Shown one piece after another: positions 1 through 13,910 of a DNA stretch of 64,000 nucleotides. The notes under the pieces were generated by a model. That model was not told the origin of the DNA. It searched no databases and saw nothing but the letters and a program-made list of their open reading frames with translations. The position numbers and the translations under genes were made by a program. Every line of letters begins with the position of its first letter. The first letter of the stretch is position 1. The stretch is from Bigelowiella natans CCMP2755 (lineage: Eukaryota; Protista; Cercozoa): assembly GCA_000320545.1 (NCBI GenBank), contig ADNK01002208.1, positions 129,725-193,724 of the forward strand. Direction: 5' to 3'.

Positions 1-136
1 GAGTGTGTGTGTGTGTGTGTGTGTGCGTGTGTGTGGCACGACAACGGTATGGACTACGACGAACACGTAACAAGTAGAAAGATGACAGTACTTCACCAAT
101 CGTCGTTTATTATTATCCTCCTCCCGTCATTACACA

Positions 137-775
137 GACTTTTGATGTTGGAAGTGGAACGTGGGCATTGGCTCCTCCTCTCACACAACCGGTGCTAATC
201 AACTGCTCGCTAGATAATCACATCACCAACAATAGGAGACTACGAGTCGCAAGAGGAGGAGGGGGGGAGGACAAATGACATCATTCCCGGATATTGTTTA
301 AGGAATAATCATCATCAGTATTGTCACCACCACCACCACCACCACAACCACTACCACCACCTAGTCACATCATCATCACCATTGCGATCATAGTGCATTC
401 GTGTTGATATCACAGCGCTCAGGAGTTAGCGGAATTGCAGTTGCTTCCGAAGACGGCAAGCCAGCCACAATATACGCCGTGGGGGGCATGGTCAGTGAGC
501 ACACGCGCGAGAATGATACCGTTGATGACAGCGAAGTGAAGAGGCAATCCTGAACCCATCACATGCATAATATCCGTTTGTTTTGTGTGTGACATACGCA
601 GCTTGGGAGATCGAAAAAGGGAAGCTTTCCAGAAATCGTTGATGTTGTAGAGAGATTTACGAGGGCAGACAACAAGTGGAAACGGTAGCCGTGGTAGTAG
701 CAGTGGTAGCAGTGCTAGTGTTGCTTACTAAATAGCTACCTATCTACTTTGCTACTCACCTCGGTCAGCTCACAC

Positions 776-831
<56 letters not shown>

Positions 832-2079
832 GTAGCCTTGCGAGCTTGCCCTCGCCTCGATGTAACGCAGCCCTAGCAGCTAGCAAAAGCAGCATATTTG
901 CGGTACGTGTCTTTTCCTTTCACCCAATTCCCTCCTCCTCAGAAAAATAGCAGCAGCAGCATCATGACAAACATGGATAAATAGCACCTAACGATTTCGC
1001 TACTACTGCATGCCGATGACACTTACGACAACGACGCTCACAATGAAGCACAGACAAAAGCTTGGAAGATGATGACGAACTGTGTGGACTACACCATCTC
1101 AACACAAACGTACACACGCATAAATTACCTAATCGGATATGCTGCAGGTCGGAGGGTTCGGTGTGTCCTCCAAGAATGGGCGAGTAGAGCCTTCATCAAT
1201 GGTGGTATATGATATCGACCGAGATTCATGGAAGGTAAAGGATCATAACTTTCAATGACTGTACGCTTATTACGTGCGATTTGATTGAATGGGGTTATAC
1301 TGCCAAGGTCTTTCTTATGCAGCATTTGTTGTCGTCGTCATCGTCGTCATAGCCGTGTATGTTTGTGACATCATATGTGCTGCAATCAATAGGAACTGGA
1401 GGGAACACCTACAAAGCGCACATTTCTTACTGCATTCATCGCCGATCAGTACCTCCATGCGGTTGGGGGTATGGCCGGGTTTTTCTCCCTCACTGGCGGG
1501 TCGGAGCAGAGAGACCATATAGCACTCGTCGCCACCCTATCATTTTCTTACTTAAATAATATACACACAAATACCACATGATGTAAAGTTGGATATATGA
1601 TAATGATTTGTTTCGTACTAGCCCTTTTTCTAATAGCTAAATATACTATATACATTTTGTGTTGGGACTAAAAGCGCATCATGTAGGTTTGATAACACGC
1701 CGATGGCAAGCGTGGAGACGTATGATATTAGCAAAAATCAATGGGTTAAACCCGGTGTAGGATCCATAGAAATCGGACGGCATAGTGCGGCAGGGGTAAT
1801 CCTTAGTCACGGCAGCAATGACGAAACCAATATATTAGTTCTAATCTTTCATTTCCTCACCACGCTCATATCACGTCTTCTCCACCGAGAAGTTGGCGAA
1901 AGACGATGTGATATGCTGGTTACCAAGATCTGTATGCACATTTGATGTAATTTAACGTTGCTGTTTCTTTGACATCGACTCAGGATATGATTACCTTACA
2001 CGACGGAAGTAGAGGTTTCATCATTCTGGGGGGGAGTGCCAAAGGTGTTGATGAGTAGTACAACCCATTCCATAGATAA

Positions 2080-2116
<37 letters not shown>

Positions 2117-2581
2117 TATAGGATGCTCGTGTAAAGTGTATCGTTTCATCATCATCATCATCATCACCATCACCATCATCATCATCTTTTCAGCTACTAT
2201 CATTAAACATTGATTTTGTACGCCTCCTTTCCATTTCTTTTAACAAACGAGCAGATGGTGACACGGCATCGGTGGAGATGTTAGTAATGACCAAACGTGG
2301 CAAGATAGACACGCTGTTACGCCTTCCAGATTCACCTATTTCTCGGACGATGCACGGGGTACCAAAGAGGAATTTACATTGATTTGAGCGGGTAGAACAT
2401 TGTTGTCGTCGTCTTTTCTAATTTGTCCGCTGTGATCTCGTAGGTCTCTGCTGTGCAAGGCTGCGTATACGCTATTGGAGGCATTGGTTCACAGCAGGCA
2501 TGGAATGATCCGTACTACGTAAATCGTTCCGGAATTTTGGGATCTCTGGAAAGATTGTGCGAATTGCCACAGAAAAGATAG
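137..2581 (+). CDS. Kelch-repeat beta-propeller protein, multi-exon, 5' end outside window
   Basis: Exons between GT-AG introns give Kelch motifs: TFDVGSGTWALAPPL, IYAVGGM, VERFTRADNKWK, LASLPSPRCNAA, VGGFG..VYDIDRDSWK, LHAVGGMAG, SVETYDISKNQW, VYAIGGIG; stop TAG 2579-2581. Confidence 0.8.
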
Positions 2582-3522
2582 TACAAGCAACCAATTTGTG
2601 GGAGAATAATCCAAGAAGTACAGCTAGCCGCGAGACGCAAGAATCCTATGTAGCAAGCATTTTGATGTGGAACTTGCATGGAGTATGTTGTGAAATGAGT
2701 CATCGTGTACGTCGACGGCTGGATTTGTTCTTGCAACCAATTCCGTTGCTACATCATCAATTGCAACCGTGCAATCGATGTAGCGATGCGCCGCATGGCT
2801 AGATGGCCTCGTCATCATCGGCTAGCTAAAAAAAAATGTGCGATGCATGCATGCTTGTGCTTGGATTCGTCTGACCATTCACGCGGTGCATCACAACTTG
2901 CTCAAACGCGCGCATTTTCACAAAAAATGAGTTTTCTCGACAACCAGCATGTGGACTTGCAAGTCCCTACACGTGTGTGTGCTGTCTGTGACTTGTGCAT
3001 CGACTACTTCACATGCACCTTTGACCTCACATATGTAGCACACATATGAACAGGCACGCGCACTTGGAGTGAAACGCGTCTACAAATCCCTAGATCGCAT
3101 CGTTGCATTGTGTGTGCTGTTCACACACACACACACACACTAGCACAGGAATGTATTCTGCATGTGCCCATGATGGATCGAGCTGCTTTGCTGCTGAACA
3201 TCTTTTGAAGCATCACATGCTTTGATCGCACGTACGTGGTGACCGGAGTGATCGATGCGTGGCTCGAAAAAAATGATCTCAATGCTGTTACCACATGTTG
3301 TGAAAATAGGTGTCATCTCTACACGTACATGCACGAACACGTGAATACTCTCCTAACGCACTGCCTTCTAGATCAGTGCTGCTGACTACTGTGTTTGAGC
3401 TCTCTCCACACTAGTCTATGACATTTGTGGGTGCATGAAACCGAAATCGTTCCTGTTGACCACACACATACACAAACACAAACACATACACACACGCACA
3501 CACACACACACATTTTCTTACT

Positions 3523-4388
3523 TTAACTGAGAGAAAAGGAGTTCGTCATCATGTATGTGCTGCAAAACATGACAAAGCGACCTTCATGTATTTCTTCGAC
3601 CAATTCTTTCTCTTGAAGTACCTACAATGATCATTTCCAACCCAAAGCACACAAAATAAGGAAAACTGAAAGACAAGGCGAATTTAGCTACAGGAAGAAG
3701 GACGCATTATAGTATTCTGCCAACCCTTTGGTGTTCCTCGATGTTCCAAATGCAGAAAATCTCGGGACCTGAGAAGAATTTGCTACATCATACATACATA
3801 CATACATACATCATCAGAACGGAAAATGATGTGAGTGCGTAGATACCCCCGAGCGATAAGTAGGACTTTTCTTCTCGCTTTCCTTCACCTCCAATGTCGT
3901 GCCTGGGCATTGTACGTATGTTGAGCAGGGATGCATACTTTCACAGATGAACTTGCACTTTAAAGTCAGAAAAGGGGGAATACAATCAAATGGATCGAGT
4001 AACCATATATTCGGTATTTTCCAGGTCCTAGATTGGGGTGCTGACAACAAACAACACAACACGCAACATTAACAATACACTATTTGCCACATCTCACCAA
4101 AATTGTCATCAAACAAAAGTTATTCGAAACGGTACTTATCATCATCATTATGATTATGATGGTTATTTGTTATTACGTATGTCTCCGGAACTTCTCCTCC
4201 AATATTTGAAAACTTTTCTCCAGTAAACCTGCAGCAGTAGTAGCAGCAGCAGCAGTAGCAGCAGCAGAGAGGTTGTTACTAATGAAAACTATTTCCACAT
4301 AAATTCTCCTGCAATATGATCGTCCACCTTGTACCGGAGAAACTAGCAGAATACTTTTCGGGAGAGCGGAGGACTGTATGATGTTACA

Positions 4389-4435
<47 letters not shown>

Positions 4436-4555
4436 TTACAACGGTACATTGTTTTGAGTCTCCTCCTCCTCCTCCTCCTCCTCCTCCTCCTCATATATGT
4501 TCAAATATATCACACTATCTGATTGAACAACCGCCAAACCCTAGACTCTACAACA

Positions 4556-4587
<32 letters not shown>

Positions 4588-4660
4588 CTTTTTCAGCTAA
4601 CGATACTGTCTTGAACTTTGCTGCGGCAGGAGACGAAGATACCGTAGGCTGCAATGTTCA
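3523..4660 (-). CDS. Probable spliced gene of unknown product; frame and boundaries uncertain
   Basis: Several minus-strand AG/GT-bounded open blocks between microsatellite-rich introns (e.g. YASLLNIRTMPRHDIGGEGKREEKSYLSLG); no recognisable motif. Confidence 0.3.
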
Positions 4661-6829
4661 CGGGATAATGATGACGATGATCATGATTATGGTGCCACAA
4701 CAAAATATTCGCAAGCTCATTCTATGGAAATACTAGTGATTGCAGTTATAACGTTGTAACGCTACTGCGTATTCTATTCTCACACGTGCCACCTTTCCAG
4801 TGTGTGAGAGAGGAGCACTTGCCCTACAAAAACAATATCATCCTTTACGTATTCGACTAACATTGATCCTGAAATCAATCTACAATGCTAAGACATCTTC
4901 ATATTGTTATTTGCGCCCTTACAATGAAGTGGGATCTGAACTTCGCAACCAATCCGAACGCTTGTGTTTCGCTAATATGGAAACCGTAAACATGTGTATA
5001 TTATCATTGAAAGGAAGAAGACATAATCGTCGATAAAGCTGCATAAGAAAATCGAGTGCGATGAGTCAATGTACACTGTTAATACTCCCATTTGCTCTTA
5101 ACATGCAATTATCGTCAAGAGGTCAATATAATCACGTATTTTGTGATAATAAGGCTGAGCATATATTACCATGTATTCGATTTAGGCATTCCCTCCTTTG
5201 AATCACACAATAAAAACATGCAGCCGACTTAAAGAAGAACGGGATTCTACATTCCAAAGAATATCAACAAAAAGAGATAGTAGTGCGATGATCTAACTCA
5301 CTTGCTTTTCGTAATCATTGTACGTTTGTCCACGATATTGTATGGATCAACTCCCTTTCTGTAATCATTTTACATCATCAATCAAAGATAGAAGGAAACC
5401 CCTTTCGTCAGAGACTTTGTATAGATTTAATGTAATATGTTATTTCTTATTACTTGAAGCAAGAAGAAGTATCGTTGTAGAATAGTTTGGGATTGTTTCT
5501 TGATTTCCACCTAGGGTGACGAGATATTATAGACCACGACGATATCTTGAATAATGATCTCCTTAAGAATGAATATGGTAAATTAAATGCAACCTTTCTA
5601 AGTTGTATTTATTCCCAGCCCGATGATAAGAAAGAGGAGAAAGTGTCACTCTCTTTGATAGACTACATTTTCCTGATAGACACCATATGTATTCATATAT
5701 GTCACTCTGGGCAGAATTCTCAAGGTCACTATAGCCAATAATTTATGAGATATAAACTCTGTTGTTGCATCAACAACAACAACCATCACCTAAAGTTGTG
5801 TCCAAATTGTATACAGGGTCTGTGTCTTCCCAATCGTCGAATCCACCAAGATTTAGTCCAGGCTTTTGAAAAAAAAATCTTACTTTCTTGTGTGTCGTGA
5901 AATTGACTATAACGTTGACAGCAATGATGAACATTTACTTTAAAGTGGATCAAGTTCGCAATTTAAATGGACTGGGACATCAACAGACACATTTACACAT
6001 TTTTATTTGTAAGAGATTTTATGAGAACAAATTTTCACCTTCGATACACTGTGTGGATTCTTCGAAATTGCTGTTTTTATACCATAAACAAGGGATACAT
6101 CCTCCGTCAGCGAACATTCGCACAGTCAACTAGCCATCAGAGTCGACCTTTTTGTCTAGATTTACTTTCCCTTTTCGATTTTTTCACTGCTGTGTCCATT
6201 TTGGTGTGAATCTGCGAATCACTTTAGTATTGGGCTCAATTATGAACAGACGAGGGGGGGGAGAAGAGCGTGTCAGGGCAGGCTACACATAGGTCGACAA
6301 TTCCCTGCACACGTTTTCTGTCAACTGCTAGACGTTTTCTGATAGAAAATGTTGTCGCACATTGTAGATTACAAGGGATTATGAGGAAACTCAAAAGAAG
6401 GACAGAACTGGGAGAACAGGGAAAAGAACAACAAAGAACGCAAAGAAGTTTCATGAATACCGAGTATCTCGAGAGATTTTGCAGAGAGACGTCATCGCAT
6501 TTCGCACTTATTCGATAAGAACTATCATGAATGTCCAAGTCTTGTCTTAAACATGGCTTCGGGGAATTTATTTATCGTACTTGAATGTTTGGTGTCGCTC
6601 TTTACAAAAAAATGCACAAGTGTTTGTCGCATGTGATCTTTTACAAACGTAGAATCATTGTACAGGCCTGTAGCACAACTCTCAGTTCAAAATCAGATTC
6701 AAATAGTTGTTTTCGGATACATGCGAGAGTTAAAATTAGGTCTTAAACTTTCCGGCAAACCCGAGAAGCGCTTCTCTCCGTTCTCCTCCGTGGGCTCCGT
6801 GAGAGAAGGAACACAGGCGTCGTGCCATC

Positions 6830-8686
6830 ATGGCATCTGCGACAGATGCTTGCTGCCATGGTGGTCACGACGACAACACCGGTCAAACACAGAACATTTC
6901 TCATGCAAGTCAAAGTTCAAGTTCCTCTGAAGATCAGCTTTCCACAATGATTGAAACTCTGCGAAGATGCATCTCCCATTCAAGCGAATCGAAGGTATGT
7001 GGATTCGATGATAACGTGAGTTTTCTGATCACTATTGTTGTACTAAGGTTTGTCGAAAATTGGTGAGAACATGCGACCTATTTTGGTGCACCGTGAAGGC
7101 TCACGTACACGCGCTCAACAATATTTACATTGAGAAGTAAGTTGGGGTAAATCGATACGTGCACATTCGACCACAACCTGAATCATGCCTCTTAGGGAAC
7201 AGCGATGCCGTCTTAAATTCGAGCTAATAAATATTCATGTCCTAAGGGATCAAAGGTCTTCATTTCGTTTTGGATTCTACAAATATCAACTCACACGGAT
7301 CATGCAGGTACTTGAATTCCCAGGCCGTTCAACGCTCTATCCAGGAAGCTATGATAATTCTATCTTCCCCAAGCGAAAAATGGAATATGAATGGAGCACT
7401 CAGAAGTAGTATGTACGTTCTTGACCAAAAAACTCCGCCGTCTGAAGCCGAAGCCGAATCCAAGATGAAGAGGGTAAAAGTTGCAGTCTCGGTTTATTCT
7501 CCGTTGCCTGTCTAATCTAGAGTTTCTTCGAAGGTGCACGAATTAATCTCAAAATTGGCCTCAGAGACAGAGATAACATCATCAAAATCTCTTGGAAAAG
7601 TTAGCACCGAAGTGAAGACGGCAAATATACTCACCGAAAAAACTCGAAGTTCTGAGAGATTGCCTCAACCTTTTCTTAATGAATTAAGGAGATTCTTCTC
7701 AGTATGCAACCTTCTCGACCAGCTGCGCAAGTTTGTAGTATCCCACTACATGATAGTCAGCAACGCCGTCGATACATTTGAAAGTCGCTTATAATTTCCA
7801 TGAATATTTGCTTGCCGTTATCAAAATTGATTTTTTTTTAAACAGGATTAACCGGGGTCTCATGTAAGATCCCCTACCTGAAGATTCTTGAAGATGAAGT
7901 CTTTTACTGCTCCCCTATGCTAGCTAAACTTCACACTACTATGGTATGCAGTGGATCCACCTCAGTTGCAGTTCCACATGCTAAGCTAAAATAAAGCGGC
8001 TATAAATCGGTATCTGTGTATTATTTTAGGAATGTCTCGCGGGGTACATTACCTGCGCACACTGTTTGGGCCAGGTGTTACATTTATTTAGCTTCACATA
8101 CCTGGCTTGTATCATATATTTGTATTTTAGAAGGGAAATTCTTCTGCATCTCCGCGCTTACCATCGCTGAAGGTTAAATAGCGCTACATGGAAGAATGGT
8201 TAAAATCTAATCAAACTACTACGGATCCTCAGATTTTTCTTGGAGCAACTCCTAACTATCTATGTCCACTTTGCGAATCTGTATTAAAACATCCAGTGGT
8301 ATTGCGTTGTCAACATAGGTAAATGAAGTGATATTCATTTGTCGTTGTAGTATTTCCCTAAAGGTTTTATTCTTTGCCAGATTCTGCCTTTGTTGCCTGG
8401 AGAGCATTCGACCAACCACCGACCGGTTTTGCTAATATCTTGCATATAAAATTTTGAAAATTGAATTATATTATTCCATATAATTATATTAACAGATGTC
8501 CTGTATGCTCCAAAATAATGAATCTACAATCATCAACAAGTTTGAAAGTCGATAGTGTACTGCAAAACTTCATTGCTAACCATTTTCCCGAGGAGGCCTC
8601 TCATCCCTGCACAATGCACAGTAAGAGGAAACATATTTCATTTTATTTTTCCTCAAATGCACACACACCCACACACACACACACAC

Positions 8687-8726
<40 letters not shown>

Positions 8727-10776
8727 AGAGAAAGCCTCAGAGATACGAAAGACTTACGCGGCTGTAGTAGCACATCGCAGGGTAGATATATTGTAGTAGG
8801 TGCTTCTACATTGAGATATGATGCGACTAGAGTTTCTAGATACTTTTTTTGTTCGCATTTTTTTAAAAATCGTAGAGTGCATGAGAGCTTTTTTTGTTGT
8901 TAAAAGATTGCGGGAACACTGCAGCGACAAAACATTCCGAGGAGAAGACTGATAACTGTAGCGGCAGCAGTGGCAATAACAACACCGACAGTTATCCTAC
9001 CCACACAAAAACGAACCACTGTAAAAGTGAGAAAGTTCAAAGTGGTTGCGCTGGGAGTGGTTGTGCTGGGACTTCAGATACTCAGAATAAGAAGAGAAAT
9101 GGGGGACAACGAGGAACCGAGAAAATGCCTAAGAAACGCAAAATTTCAGCAATGTAATACTTACCACTGTACAATTATGGTTTGTCATCTTCATTGTGGC
9201 TGTATCTGATAGAATTGTTCTGATTCAGTCGATCAGAAATAACAGGGAACATTCGTTCGATTCTAGAACAAATCACTTCGTTCCACATTCGTTGTTGTAG
9301 CGACGAGTTGCCAGCAACGCATAGAACCGTTTATCGCTCCAATACCGCACACTCTCAGCAGCCGACACATAACAGGAATAGAATACAGCGCATTCACCGG
9401 AATGAGACCTTCAAACTTAAAGAAAAAACAGTAGCGTCATCGTCACACAGTAGACACCATCACTCTGACGTAGCTGGGACTGATAACCCAGCTGGACGTG
9501 CACAACATTCTCACGGTGATAGTAAAGCAGGAGGCTCCATTAATCTACCGGTACCCAAAAACAAATTGAAGGCAATTATTTGGTGCTGCGCTTAGAAAAT
9601 GTCCATTCATAATTCATAGGATGGTTCGCCGCTGCCGCAGATACGGACGCCGCTGCCGCAGATACGGACGCCGCAGTTGCGGACGAACTTCGACTGCCTG
9701 ACCACACCTAACTGCAACGCCGCTCACTTGCCAGATCTCTCCCTTTCGGAAACACAAATGGATGATTGGTCAGGATCAAGAATTCTGATTTTTCAAAATT
9801 CAGCACTTTTTTCTAACTTGAAGTAACATTTTCAGGTTGAGCACATTAGATATACCTGATGGAATTCACAGTGGCGACTTAACGACAAGTTCATTTGAAT
9901 TCGGAAATGATATTTTCGCGCAGCTCCAATTGCCGAGCTCCTCATATATTATAAATGAAGAAGGAGCTCCATATTCTAAAAGAAAAGAATCTTACGCACC
10001 GTTGGTTGTTCCTCAAGAAGGTTATCTTCCATTAAACTTATGTGCATTTTTTGCCCCTGATGGATATGTTTTATAGGTTCTTGTCACCAATGTAAAGTGA
10101 AAGTTAGTATGTCAAATTTGCTCAGATGCACGGCAACAAGGTTCAATTTATTCAGTCAAATTCAAACTTGGAATTTAATTTTGGATTGTTCATCGAACAG
10201 TGCTGTATCGGGGCAAAAGTGTAAAAAGAAATTCTGCCATTCATGTCTAAAAAGGTGAAGTTTTTTTATTATTTGCATCACCAGCGGTAAATTCTGAATT
10301 TGTAACAGGAAATATTCAATCGAACTCGATAAAGTGGATACAGGGAAATGGGAATGCCCAGCGTAACAGATTTACAGCATATTCCCCCTTATGAGTAAAT
10401 AGAATGAATTATCATGTAATGGGTAGGTGTTGCGGATTCTGTAGTTGTGCAGTGTGCACTAGAAAGAACAAGGGAGTCAAATCCTCTACGCTGAGTGCAA
10501 AGGCATCTTGTCACCAATGCAAGTTGAAAAAACCACAGCAGGAATTAAGGTAAGAAACAGATAGTTGTTGTAGATTAAGCTCTCATTTTCTCTTTTCTAC
10601 TCAGACATTGTGAAATGGTTATCGGCAACAGACATTGTCGCAAAAAATTTTGTGAGCAATGTTTGACTAGATATGTACTATCACTACCTAACGACTCCCA
10701 TTTTAAGTGCCCAGCTTGTCTCGGTATATGCACGTGTGCAAGTTGTGTGAGGCGGAGAGAAAAAATGAATCAATAG
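6830..10776 (+). CDS. RING-finger protein with two C-terminal zf-4CXXC_R1 (CDCA7-like) zinc fingers; possible degenerate SPX-like region before the RING
   Basis: Spliced RING YLCPLCESVLKHPVVLRCQH/RFCLCCLE...CPVC (~8260-8515). Finger 1: SCHQCK..KCKKKFCHSCLK..WECP..FCSCAVCTRK (~10077-10470). Finger 2: ASCHQCK..HCRKKFCEQCLTRY..CPACLGICTCASCVRRREK (~10500-10770). Stop TAG 10774-10776. Confidence 0.75.
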
Positions 10777-11760
10777 CACATACGTCGGCACAATGCATCA
10801 TTTTACATTATTAGAAAATGATGACATTTGAAAAAATAACAGTAATCACAATTAAATTGAAATTACATGAGCAAATAAATGGAATGACAAAATATCGACA
10901 CATTCTAGCAGACGTTGATAAATTTGCGACACATCTAGACATCGTTTAAAAACTTGATCGTCAAAACATCCAATTTTGCAACATGCAGCGCCCTGTGTGT
11001 CGCATCGGCAGTGCTAGAGTGCCTAGCCTAACAACAACGGCTTGCGAGATGAACAACAAAGCTATGCGCTGTGTGCAACGTGACGAGTGCATCTGTGCAT
11101 CACTAGATCACATCATCATGCACTGCATTCATTGTCATCATCTGTGGATCGGCATCATTGGTTGCTCAGCACATCCCAATGCCATGTCTGAAGAAGGCGT
11201 ATCTGTGACTTCGAAGGCTAGCTTGTTCTGCTGCGTTGCATGTGTTGTCTTCATTTCTTTGACTGATCGATCACCTTTCTAGCTAGCTAGCTTTGCTAGC
11301 TTTGGTCAGGTCAGTCAAGACATGCACATGCTAGCATGTCTAGATCTCTGAGACAGGCTAGCAGGTCTAGAGGTGCAATGAAGTGATTGAATCTTTTCAA
11401 TGGTCATCCCAATGCAGCCATTCATTTGCTAGTTTGGCCATGCAAAGCAGCGGCTGCAACGCCAATGTTGCGTCCATTTGTTTCAGCAATGATGTGCTTC
11501 ATGCATTCAACAAAAGCAACCATGCTGCAGCATGCCTAGCCAATTGTGCCTAGCTAGCCAGGTCTGCGAATCCACAGATCTGGACTTCATGCACCTCCAC
11601 TGCTCTGGCTGGTCGGGCGTCGGATCTCCTTCCGAGCACATTTTTTGGACCATGTTCTCAATCTAATCCGTTACGAAAAATCTTTCCATTGTCAGGAAAC
11701 AATGAAACAATGAAACAATGATGATGAAGAACTACATTTCCAAAGTGTTGCAAGACACTA

Positions 11761-12146
11761 GGGTGCGATCCACATCCCATAAATCGACGAAATGTGGTAC
11801 AATAAAATTTCGCAACCGAAAATATTTTTTTCTTAAAAAGTCGCGTACCAGAAATCGTGTCCATGGGTTTCAAGGTCAACTTCGATTTGTGGGACCAGCG
11901 AGGAGACAAAACATGGTACGTTTTTTTAGGTAATAACGATGCATGTAGGGCATTAGCAGTAGAAATTGTTGGTTGTGTTGTGCGCGACGGGAAGTTGCAA
12001 GGCTAATTTGAATTTACCTGACCTCGACAAAATGAGGGATGTGGTTCGTCATCAAATTATTTTTCCTAAAAAGTACGAGAATTTTTAATGTTGACGTTTT
12101 ATGGGATGACGTGATTTCGCCGATTTATGGGATGTGGATCGCACCC
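11761..12146. mobile_element. MITE (non-autonomous DNA transposon, PIF/Harbinger-like GGG termini)
   Basis: 33 bp terminal inverted repeats GGGTGCGATCCACATCCCATAAATCGRCGAAAT at 11761-11793 and 12114-12146 (1 mismatch); subterminal gggatg copies; no coding capacity; TSD not clean (cta vs ctc). Confidence 0.75.
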
Positions 12147-12454
12147 CTCAGGTCAAGTCCTTGACCACATTCTACTTTTAAACCAGACTAGCCGTTTAGG
12201 AAATTTGTTCCAAAAAAAACTTTTTAAAAAGTTTGTGGAGGATGTACGAGTACACATATTTTTGTCGAAGCTCCCGTGTATTTTGTGGAGTTTTCACCTA
12301 ACATCATGGCGTATTTAGCATCCAGCTGCTGTTGTGTTGATATGGAGCGCTGCATCTCGAAAGGCAAGAAACTGTTCTCCACAGCCCTATCTACGCAAGC
12401 ATGCCAGGTGTCACGCAAGTTAAGCCAGCTACCGTTCGGCACGACCAGAAGGAG

Positions 12455-13910
12455 ATGGAAAAGTTCCTAGAGATGGAGAAATGGTAACTCTGTGCATGAA
12501 TGTGCTTCTATGTGATGTAACAAGTTTCACGTTTGAAGGTATATATCTTGTCTCCACTCCTTCCTCACACCTTTGCCCTAATTGTGTCATGTCTCATGTA
12601 CATTGTAAGACTTGATGATGTGTTTTGTGTGATATGTAGGGATGTTAAGCAAACCGGAGAATACATCAGTAGTCTTGGCTTCAAAGATATTTCTGAGATC
12701 TTCATGGCTCACAAGATTGATGGCTCTCTTCTACCAACCATCGGTAAGGCAGAGATGAAAGAGATGGGAGTAAAGGTTTTGGGGGATAGGCTTAAGTTTC
12801 TCAAGGTAATGGTGATGACAACGTGACTATTCTGTGACGACGGCTATCATGCGCTTGTATCTATCATCTCACTTGATTTGCTCTCTTTGTCTTGATAGAA
12901 CGATGCCTATGATGATATTGATGATGATGATACTGATGATGAACCAATTTTTCTTTCGCCCCATAGATCAACAACAAAAATAGAGTAATGGCCAGAAGAG
13001 TGTGGCGTGACACAGTCATTTGGGAAGGCCAAGAATTCCGGGAGGGACCTTGTGGTGACATGCTGCCTTTCGGGTTCGTCTCTACCTTTTGATACCCGTA
13101 TTACTTTAAACATTGGTGAATATAGATAATGATTATAATGATGAAAAACAAAGACTGACACTCACCTACTAATGCAAAACCGTCATTGTTTAACGAATTA
13201 TTTTTATCAGTTTCCCATATTGCTGCTGGACAGGTGTACCAGATAAATATAAAGTGACCAACGCAAAGTTTACGGTATGTTCAACCCAAATCGAATGCTT
13301 TTTCTAACCTGAACGAAACAATAACCTCAGTTTTTATCGTGTTAGACACACAAAAATGCTATGAGTCGTGTTTCATCTTATTAGGCTTTGATGAAAACCT
13401 ACCACGAAGCTAGTACTTTTCCATGCTTGACCGATAAAACCATCCACGCAAACAATTTTGACTTAACCACGATCAACGATGTTGATTATACGGAGGAAGT
13501 GGTGAGTTCTTTATCTTGAATTCGTCTGTTCAAGTTTATTTTTTCTCTAGAGTGAGGACTAACTCTAAATCTATTTCCTTGTGCGCGATCCTTCTCACCA
13601 AGGATCTAACTTCATATTTCAAACTTGTGTTCTACTTAGCTCGGAGCATGCTCTTGCTGTGATGTTGCTGCCTCTAAAGTGATGATCTCAACTAAAAGGG
13701 GAGAAATGTAAGTATTCACAATCTTATTTTTCTATTTTTCATGGGCTGAAGGCATCATTTGTGATGCGGCTTGGAGTGTTATATCTGCTGTGTTTGATCA
13801 GGACAACAATGGTCCTCAAAGAAGGAATGGCAAAAGAAGTTTCTGAGATTATTCGTAATGCTGTTGAAGAGAATACGTTGCGAGAGGCTTCAAACAGGGT
13901 GATGGAGTGA
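12455..13910 (+). CDS. SAM (sterile alpha motif) domain protein, multi-exon
   Basis: Spliced MEKFLEMEKW/DVKQTGEYISSLGFKDISEIFMAHKIDGSLLPTIGKAEMKEMGVKVLGDRLKFLK matches the SAM consensus (W..L..LG....F....IDG..L..L....L..MG....GDR.K); last exon ends TGA 13908-13910. Confidence 0.75.

Noticed and set aside
5938-6228. Possible short inverted termini (ttaaagtggatc ... gaatcactttag) of a small DNA transposon
   Set aside because: Match is too short and imperfect; no clean TSD
9627-9673. Tandem 21 bp duplication cgccgctgccgcagatacgga
   Set aside because: Real but trivial in-frame duplication in a low-complexity linker
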